A DNA stretch of 56,691 nucleotides from Bacteroidota bacterium (GTDB lineage Bacteria > Bacteroidota > Ignavibacteria > Ignavibacteriales > Ignavibacteriaceae), in contig JAJXTM010000001.1 in NCBI GenBank assembly GCA_021783875.1, forward strand, positions 1 through 56,691, read 5' to 3'. Below are positions 50,689 to 56,691 of this stretch, piece by piece. Position numbers and translations under genes: made by a program. Position 1 is the stretch's first letter; each line of letters opens with the position of its first letter. The notes beneath the pieces were generated by a model. It was not told the DNA's origin and did no database searches. It saw nothing but the letters and a program-made list of their open reading frames with translations.

Positions 50689-51049
50689 CTACCCCTCAAC
50701 CAAAATAGTGAGTGAGTTAGATAGTTGAGAAAAAAGGATTGATTGGGGAAGAGAAAGGACAAGATACTGTGAAGGGTATTGTTTTTCCAATGTCTTTGAG
50801 TAATAAATTTGTTTTAGAATTCTTTCGACTTGAATTTTAAATTGCGATAAATAAATTTGTAAAATATCCCAAACTATTTTTGTATCTATTCCAAAGTATT
50901 CATGGATTAATATATTCCTCAAACCGATTATTTCGCGAAATTCGATTTCTTTGTCTAGAAATTATTCTTCCACGATTTTGGCTGGGGATGCCAGTTACAA
51001 TATTTTCTATACCGGCAATAAATACTACTTGGAAGAGACCTATTGCCAT
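50689..51049 (-). pseudogene. Decayed HepT (DUF86) toxin gene with no MNT partner
   Basis: The tracked 77-aa ORF contains the HepT RX4HXY active-site box (GLRNILIHEYFGIDTKIVWDI). The same frame upstream hits TAA at 50962-50964. The preceding HepT-like segment (VVFIAGIENIVTGIP) sits in another frame, the N-terminal ~45 aa are absent, and the C-terminus is abnormally extended. Confidence 0.6.
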
Positions 51050-51090
51050 ATTACTCCTAAATTAATTTTAAGTAATTATTAATAGTATTT

Positions 51091-51879
51091 TCATTTGTTA
51101 TTTGAATATTCATATCGATATATTTTTTCTAAAACTAATTCCATATCCTCATAATATTTTTCTATTCGGGTATTAATTTCATCTTTGCTTTTATAATCAT
51201 AAAAGAACTCCGTTAATTTATTTTCAGCTAAGTCATAATTTGTCGCATATTGTAGACTTTCATTCTTATCGTAATAGTTTGAAAATATTTTAACCAGTTT
51301 ATCGTTTTCGTCATATTCTGATTCGGATGTTTGTATCCCATTTTCATCCAAAAATCTTATCCATTTTTGAATCTGCCTGTCATTTTCGTCCATACTGAAC
51401 GAAATATGTTTCTTATTGCTCATCTCTTTTTTTTGAATCATCGTAAGTTTGCCGTTTGTGAAATGCTCAGAAGAAACTTTATTTCTCTCCTTTTCATAAA
51501 AGAATTTAATTAAAAATACTTCGCCTTCCTCTTTATACTCCTGACGGACCAAATTATCATCTGCATCGTATTCATAGTTTGTTTCTGATATGGCTTCATC
51601 ATTTTCATCATACTCAATGTCTTTGGTAGTCCTTCCCTTATCATCATAGAAAAATTTTGTAGTGCTCATTGAACCATTTTGCGGATCATCAAAGACCATA
51701 ATGTTTTTTAAAGCATCTTCGATGATTCTCTCAGATATAGAGCCGTCTTCATTAAAAAATAGGCTTTCTGAATAATCTGTGTCTAAATTGTATGAGGTTT
51801 GCTCAATTAAAATCTCCGGTTTTACATTTAACACCGGTTTATGATCTATAATAGTCAGGTAGATTTTGTAGTTTTGCAT
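51091..51879 (-). CDS. Acidic cytoplasmic protein built from degenerate YD-like repeats. Function unknown.
   Basis: 262 aa with no signal peptide. Recurring FFYDDKGR / IEYDENDE / YEYDADDNLV / SEYDENDKLV / FFYDYKSKDE units about every 20-25 residues. Confidence 0.5.
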   Translation of the reverse strand: MQNYKIYLTIIDHKPVLNVKPEILIEQTSYNLDTDYSESLFFNEDGSISERIIEDALKNIMVFDDPQNGSMSTTKFFYDDKGRTTKDIEYDENDEAISETNYEYDADDNLVRQEYKEEGEVFLIKFFYEKERNKVSSEHFTNGKLTMIQKKEMSNKKHISFSMDENDRQIQKWIRFLDENGIQTSESEYDENDKLVKIFSNYYDKNESLQYATNYDLAENKLTEFFYDYKSKDEINTRIEKYYEDMELVLEKIYRYEYSNNK

Positions 51880-52047
51880 AATTTTAATTAGTTTTTGTAA
51901 TTCTAAACTTTAATAAAACCCAAATGATTTATAATGTTCCTCGTTTTTAAGAAATTGACCTTTTTCAGTCCATCCCTCTGTTTTCAGGTCTGATATTATA
52001 TGTTGTATAGCAACTTCTCTTATTTCTTCATCAAATATTTTAACTGC

Positions 52048-52779
52048 TTAATTCATTTTTATTTTTATATCACTTAAGGGCATCTGAAATAAAAAATAAT
52101 TCACTTCTCCGGGCTCTAGTCTTTTAATAGTAATAGTTTGCTCTTTATGGTTTAAACTTCTTTCATCTAAAATATTTAAAGGTGCTTTATATAATATGGT
52201 TGTTACGATGTCAATTAAATTATATCTAATTGATATATTTTCCAGTTCATCTATTTTTCTGCTCTGTTTATCATAAATATTCCTAAATGCTTTTTTATAA
52301 ATAATTTCATTATAATCAGAAAATATTTCCTCATTTAGGCATCCATTCTCATCATATCCAAAACTATATTCATATTTTTGAGGTATACAGTCATGACTCC
52401 CATTATATATCTTTGAAATCAGTTTACCTTCCGGATTATAATTGTATATCCAGTCATATATTTAACTGTTATTTTCATTATCATAAATTTCAATAAGTTT
52501 CATTTGCTGATCATAAATATATAGCTCATCTTTAAACAGGTTGTTCCACCAGATGCTAAAAACATAAAATTTATTTTTATTTAAATAACTATATATTTTA
52601 GTGAATTTTGGCTGACTGTCATTTCCAAAACGAATATTCTCAATAATATCGCCTGAATAATTATATTTTGTTAATTCAGATAAATAATACTTCCTGATTT
52701 TTGTTTTAGTAGAAATCCTTTCTATATATATTAATACCGATTTAACTTTTACATTAGGTGCAAATTTAAGATCATCCAT
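52048..52779 (-). pseudogene. Second repeat-protein gene (paralogue-like), interrupted by an in-frame TAA
   Basis: The tracked ORF 52462-52779 ends ...IEIYDNENNS at TAA 52462-52464. The same frame continues IYDWIYNYNPEGKLISKIYNG...YEYSFGYDENGCL... to TAA 52048-52050, and then runs a further 45 codons to TAA 51910-51912. Confidence 0.5.
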
Positions 52780-52861
52780 GATTTTTAAAAATCCTTTAAT
52801 TAAACAAATCTTCTTCCCACAAAAACATCAGTTCTATTTCTTCTAATTCACTAAACCGGTA

Positions 52862-53194
52862 TCAAAAAGTTAAATCTCTCCTGAATTCCTCTTCAGCACG
52901 ATTTACTACATCCATTTCTCCCAATTTCTGTAAAAATCGTTTTACGTTTTGGTTCCACACTATTTTTTTGATATCTAAAAGTAAACGCCTGTCACTAATC
53001 AAATATATGTTATGGAAAGCCGATAAAATAAATGATGGCTCTTTATATCCGGGAGAGCTATGATGTCTAATTTAAGGGAAAGTATATTTACTCCTAAACT
53101 TATCAAAAAGCTCATTGTTATTTAAGCAGAATTTATTTTTTTTATCAACTAACAGCCAAAATATACTTGATCTATCCATGTCCACATAAGTCAT
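52862..53194 (-). pseudogene. 110-codon ORF of unknown function with an in-frame TAA
   Basis: Manual translation: MTYVDMDRSSIFWLLVDKKNKFCLNNNELFDKFRSKYTFP, then TAA at 53072-53074, then IRHHSSPGYKEPSFILSAFHNIYLISDRRLLLDIKKIVWNQ...RRDLTF. The ATG overlaps the upstream ORF's stop (ATGA). Confidence 0.3.
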
Positions 53195-53349
53195 TCTACA
53201 AGTTCTTTACGCTCTTGATTTTCATTAACTTTTGAATAAAGTCGTTGAATTTCGCAACTGCAAAACGGTTCCTGCGCACAATTAGTGAATAGGAAATTCC
53301 TGACTTTTAATATTTCATAATTAAGTGTTATAATATAATGTCCTTTCAA
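53191..53349 (-). CDS. Possible 52-aa ORF (TTG start), translationally coupled to the next ORF
   Basis: MKGHYIITLNYEILKVRNFLFTNCAQEPFCSCEIQRLYSKVNENQERKELVE. Its only support is position in the co-directional array and the ATGA overlap. Confidence 0.2.
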   Translation of the reverse strand: MKGHYIITLNYEILKVRNFLFTNCAQEPFCSCEIQRLYSKVNENQERKELVE

Positions 53350-53396
53350 TTTATTAGCTACATTGTTTAGAAATATAGGGATAAATGAATAATCTA

Positions 53397-53618
53397 TTAT
53401 TTTTTCTGCAGTTTAGTAATAAGAAGATTTACTTCTCTCAACTTATTGGGTAGTAATCTGTCTATATTTTTTTGTTTATACTCAATTAATGTCTTTATTC
53501 TTTGTTCATTCTCATAGTTTTTTAATATTTTCTTAGGGCTATTAAAAAGTCCGGGTGAATCACTAAATAAATCACCAAGCTCTGCTATCAATATCCACAA
53601 AAAGATTAAGCCAAACAT
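53397..53618 (-). CDS. 73-aa hypothetical protein with a short hydrophobic N-terminus and a K/E-rich helical tail
   Basis: Tracked ORF located 30 nt downstream of doc on the same strand. No recognisable motif. Confidence 0.35.
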   Translation of the reverse strand: MFGLIFLWILIAELGDLFSDSPGLFNSPKKILKNYENEQRIKTLIEYKQKNIDRLLPNKLREVNLLITKLQKK

Positions 53619-53648
53619 ATTTTCCTCCGGTATTAATATCTTAATTAT

Positions 53649-54035
53649 TTAATTAAAATGGGTTTCATACCAGTTTTTGATCTCTTCAAATCTCCACAGA
53701 CCATTGCTGACATTAATTGCAATTTCATAAATATCTTCTTCACCAGCGTCTATTTCAAATCCATTATTTAACATAAATACAACTCCAGCTGAAATCCCAA
53801 TACGCTTATTGCCGTCTTGAAAACAATGATTGCCGATTAAAGACTCAGTCAAAGCTGCCGCTTTAGAATAAGTATCGGGATATGCATCATTGCCAAATGC
53901 TGATTGCTGTGGTCGAGATATAGCCGATTCTAAAAGGTTAGAATCCCGAATGGTAAAATTATCATTATTCGGTTGTAGCTCCACTAAAATACGGTGATGC
54001 ATAAAAAGTATCTCTTCTATTGTAATGTAATTCAT
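53649..54035 (-). CDS. doc: Doc (death-on-curing) family toxin, Fic fold
   Basis: Doc-type Fic motif HCFQDGNKRIGISAGVVFMLNNG. 128 aa. Confidence 0.9.
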   Translation of the reverse strand: MNYITIEEILFMHHRILVELQPNNDNFTIRDSNLLESAISRPQQSAFGNDAYPDTYSKAAALTESLIGNHCFQDGNKRIGISAGVVFMLNNGFEIDAGEEDIYEIAINVSNGLWRFEEIKNWYETHFN

Positions 54036-54304
54036 GTTAACCTCAGTAAGGATTTTAAATAATTAGACAAGAATTTTTCAAAATTATTTAGCGTTTTCTG
54101 ATTTATATTTTCAATATCTAATTTTCCTTCAGTTTCAATAATATATTTTTCAATTCCCATTTCAATTAAATTTTCCCGAGGGTTCTTGTCCCAATATGGG
54201 ATTGGTTCAATTGAAAGTTTATTCTCACCACTTAGGTTATAAAGAACATTTTTGAAACTGACGTGTCTTATAGGTTCTTCATTAGCTCCTTGTTTTTCTG
54301 ACAT
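54032..54304 (-). CDS. Putative cognate antitoxin of Doc, assigned by position only
   Basis: 90-aa ORF overlapping the doc start by 4 nt. The sequence does not resemble Phd/YefM or AbrB/MazE antitoxins as far as I can recognise. Confidence 0.45.
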   Translation of the reverse strand: MSEKQGANEEPIRHVSFKNVLYNLSGENKLSIEPIPYWDKNPRENLIEMGIEKYIIETEGKLDIENINQKTLNNFEKFLSNYLKSLLRLT

Positions 54305-54851
54305 GAGGATTTTACCTTTCTAAAATAATAAGTTCATTAAAAACATCCCGATTGAATTATAATTTCGTCTGAATGAATTACTTAGCACTCGCAATATGGG
54401 CATGCACCGATAGGGACATTTAATAAATCTGACATAATTAAACTCCATGAATTTTTTCTTTAACAAATTATATCATCATGTTAAGGAAGTCAAAACATAA
54501 TTGTTTAATTAAATCGACAGTGTGCCTACATGTTGGGTGATTTTTTGAATCATTGATAGCCTAAGTTGTGTATCATTATTCCCAACTTTTCCAACTATAT
54601 ACCATGAATTATTGTCAAGAATAAAATTTGATTTGCAGGAATTATGGGCATTATCCGTTGTATAACGTTTAACGTATCTTCATTCAGGTCCCAAGTTATT
54701 TTTGGCATGCGAATTCCTTTTTTATTAAATAATTTAATTAATTCAAAGGCGAAATAAAATTTATTTTAGTAATTTTTCTCATGAATATTCTTTTTAAATA
54801 GTATCTTTAAATTAAAGGCAAATATCAATATATATTATTAAAATTTTGACT

Positions 54852-56126
54852 TTATTTAAATCCGACCGCGTTCCCAAGTTTAATCGGGTCTAAATAAAAA
54901 CCTTCATAAGTGAATTTTAACAAACTTTGCAAATCTTCTATATCAACTTCCCCTTTCATTTGTTTTATCGATACCAATTGCTTTACCAGATTAACTATAA
55001 AAGCACCGGTTACTTTTTTGTTCTCCATAAACTCTATTACATCTTCATTAAATAACGAGATTAGACTTTCATCTTCTGTCTCCCGCTTGATTAGCCTTAA
55101 GTAATCATCTTCGTTTATTTTGGAAATATCCAATATCATGTCAAATCTTCCCGGTCTTGATGCCGCTTCGTCAACTAAGAACTTATCGTTTGTTGCGCCA
55201 AGCAGAAATAATGATTCAGGTAGCAATCCGTCTAATGAATGAAGAAAATTTATTAGCGAGTTTGAATTAAAATTCTCATCCCTTTTTCTCGCAATAAAGT
55301 CCATATCGTCAATAACTAATAGGCATGGGTCAAATATTCTGCAAAAATCAATTATTTCCGACATAGTGTAATCTATTCCGTTTGCTATTACAATGGTTAT
55401 CTTTTCAAATACAGCTTTTATAATTGCACTGATAATTTGAGACTTTCCGGTACCGGGAAGTCCGCTTAATAGAAACCTAAATTGACTTTTTCTGTTTGTC
55501 CTTTTTAGATCGTAATTCATTATTTCGGTAATAAATCTTTTTATTTGAAGAGATATGTTTTGGGGAAGGAATATGTCATTAAGAAAAATATTTTTAGGTT
55601 CAATTATTTCAGTGCATTCAAGAAACCTATTCTTAAAATCTTTATCCTTAATGAATATGATTTTGTTTTTAATTGAAGACTTAGCAATTGAGGTAATTAT
55701 CAAATAGTCTAACAAATTCTGACCATCGGTTTCTATTGCATCGTTTAAGCAAGATATCGAGACTTTAAATATCCACGATTCAGTCATTCGAAGATTGAGC
55801 AAACTTGTGGTAGTAACTATATATTCCTTTTTATCGAAACTTAAATGAAAATAAACTGCCAAATCATTAAATTCTATAATGTCAAGATTTGAATAAATAC
55901 TGGGGCTGGCTTTACTTATGACTTTGGTCTGATTATTTTTTAATCCCCAGCATGAGTACATGGTAACTCTATCATCTCTCAGCCTTTTAATATAAATTTT
56001 ATAAAGATAATCTCTTAATGAAAGGAAACGAAAATATTCAAGATCGGCGGAATGATCATATAGTTTTTCACTCGCAAAGGAATTTATAGCGGCTTTTTCC
56101 AATTTTGTTTCTTTATCTTTATTCAT
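54852..56126 (-). CDS. Classical-clade AAA ATPase (BCS1/FtsH-type module) with an uncharacterised ~215-aa N-terminal domain
   Basis: Walker A LLSGLPGTGKS, Walker B CLLVIDDMDF, sensor-1 LLGATND and arginine-finger box SRPGRFDMILD. No TM segment, no protease domain, single ATPase module. Confidence 0.85.
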   Translation of the reverse strand: MNKDKETKLEKAAINSFASEKLYDHSADLEYFRFLSLRDYLYKIYIKRLRDDRVTMYSCWGLKNNQTKVISKASPSIYSNLDIIEFNDLAVYFHLSFDKKEYIVTTTSLLNLRMTESWIFKVSISCLNDAIETDGQNLLDYLIITSIAKSSIKNKIIFIKDKDFKNRFLECTEIIEPKNIFLNDIFLPQNISLQIKRFITEIMNYDLKRTNRKSQFRFLLSGLPGTGKSQIISAIIKAVFEKITIVIANGIDYTMSEIIDFCRIFDPCLLVIDDMDFIARKRDENFNSNSLINFLHSLDGLLPESLFLLGATNDKFLVDEAASRPGRFDMILDISKINEDDYLRLIKRETEDESLISLFNEDVIEFMENKKVTGAFIVNLVKQLVSIKQMKGEVDIEDLQSLLKFTYEGFYLDPIKLGNAVGFK

Positions 56127-56201
56127 AAAACTACTCCATTTTTTAATCCGATAATTATTAAATTAAAGCACGATTTTCTTATCATTTAAAGATAAATTAC
56201 T

Positions 56202-56691
56202 ATGAAAGAATATATTTCTGATTTCATTAGAAGAGCTGAGGTACTTGCCAGGGTTTATAACGGCGAGATGCTCTCAAAATCCGATATTGCTGATGAATAT
56301 AAGGTTGCTGAAATTACTATTAACCGGGATATTTCGGAACTTAGAAAATACGGCATTCAGATTTACAGTAAGAAAGGTAAACTGGTCATTCTTGAAGAGC
56401 CGGAAGTAGTGGTTTTGCAAAAAATAACTGCCGATTATCTGCCCGTATCAATGAACTCAAATATATTCTTTAAGCAGATAAAACTCCTTAGCAAAGCAAA
56501 TAATCATAACTACTTCCCAGTGCTAATACTTCTAGCCAAAGCCATAAACGAAAAATCAATTGTTGAGTTTAAGTATCAAAGACTAAGCGATAACTTAATA
56601 AACGATTATAAGGTTATTCCGCTTCAATTACTCTCTAATGAATTTAACTGGATATTGCACGGAAACAAATTAGGGGAGGATATTCTTAAGT
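56202..56691 (+). CDS. HTH plus WYL-domain transcriptional regulator (BrxR/CapW/PafBC-like), truncated by the right edge
   Basis: Absent from the ORF track because it runs off the window. ATG at 56202. HTH IADEYKVAEITINRDISELRKYGIQI. WYL-type segment IVEFKYQRLSDNLINDYKVIPLQLLSNEFNWILHG. Confidence 0.7.
   Translation, partial: MKEYISDFIRRAEVLARVYNGEMLSKSDIADEYKVAEITINRDISELRKYGIQIYSKKGKLVILEEPEVVVLQKITADYLPVSMNSNIFFKQIKLLSKANNHNYFPVLILLAKAINEKSIVEFKYQRLSDNLINDYKVIPLQLLSNEFNWILHGNKLGEDILK

Noticed and set aside
50600-50700. GC-richer patch (GGGCTACATGCCC hairpin, ...GCTCCGTCAGTTGGGTAAGCAGAGG...) resembling a tRNA D-arm, a structured RNA, or an att site.
   Set aside because: I could not fold it into a cloverleaf or match it to a known ribozyme or riboswitch core. 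There is no T-loop (GGTTCGAAT-like) and no flanking integrase. A covariance-model scan (Infernal/Rfam) would settle it.
50962-53074. Clustered in-frame TAA codons as a sign of stop-codon reassignment or programmed read-through.
   Set aside because: TAA terminates highly conserved genes in the same window at the expected positions (uvrC 6342-6344, dnaK 20441-20443, prfC 43739-43741). Gene decay is the simpler explanation.
54382-54390. TTAGCACTC, the left half-site of the CIRCE heat-shock operator.
   Set aside because: The sequence 9 nt downstream (GCATGCACC) does not match the right half-site GAGTGCTAA. The site is also nowhere near a chaperone gene.
54382-54435. 17-codon minus-strand ORF (MSDLLNVPIGACPYCEC) with a GGAG 7 nt upstream, as a possible Cys-rich peptide or RiPP precursor.
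   Set aside because: It is too short to distinguish from chance. There are no maturation enzymes nearby and I cannot assess conservation.
4137-55104. About 30 short tracked ORFs (60-126 aa) lying antisense to, or out of frame within, well-supported genes. Examples: 4137-4412, 5789-5998, 9645-9872, 12917-13156, 14387-14749, 16602-16950, 17168-17530, 18360-18557, 19959-20153, 20455-20799, 21144-21347, 22182-22394, 22927-23112, 23273-23467, 25630-25827, 27857-28165, 29193-29387, 37277-37568, 39063-39302, 40789-40986, 42938-43587, 47874-48074, 48531-48770, 50880-51065, 51331-51513, 54910-55104.
   Set aside because: Each is fully contained in a longer ORF with clear family motifs on the other strand or frame. 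Their products are low-complexity (I/L/F/S/K-rich), as expected from chance ORFs in A+T-rich DNA. I recognised no motifs in them.
1-56691. Search by eye for CRISPR repeats, tRNA or rRNA genes, IS elements, transposases, integrases, reverse transcriptases and prophage structural genes.
   Set aside because: I recognised none in any intergenic region or ORF. Short dispersed repeats cannot be excluded without a computational self-alignment.

Overview
A+T-rich bacterial chromosomal segment. It looks like an FCB-group organism (Ignavibacteriota/Bacteroidota-like): it encodes a SprA-sized T9SS translocon, a PorX-type regulator, and two secreted enzymes ending in the ...NYPNPFNPST...KKMILLK sorting domain.

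Roughly 1-44 kb is mostly housekeeping:
- partial PBP1A, lpxH, M1 aminopeptidase, glgC, uvrC, sixA
- an SRP RNA gene the ORF track cannot show
- a PAS/GAF hybrid histidine kinase
- a six-gene tricarboxylate cluster (IDH-family dehydrogenase, HD protein, fused aconitase-family hydratase, PrpD-family dehydratase, CitD-CitE fusion, CitF)
- dnaK, birA-coaX, panC-accD-DUF1573-tsaB-tsaE, porX-sprA, a cupin, gltA, hpnCDE squalene genes, prfC

Roughly 44-56.7 kb looks accessory:
- GH16 and M4-protease T9SS cargo
- decayed PIN and HepT toxin genes
- a co-directional array of small and repeat proteins, several broken by in-frame TAA codons
- an intact Doc toxin pair
- an orphan classical AAA ATPase divergent from a truncated WYL-domain regulator at the right edge

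I recognised no CRISPR array, tRNA, rRNA, transposase or integrase.

The best candidates for something new are the AAA/WYL module at the right edge, which probably continues off-window, and the unusual IDH-aconitase-PrpD-citrate-lyase cluster.

All calls rest on motif recognition and manual translation. No database search or statistics were run.
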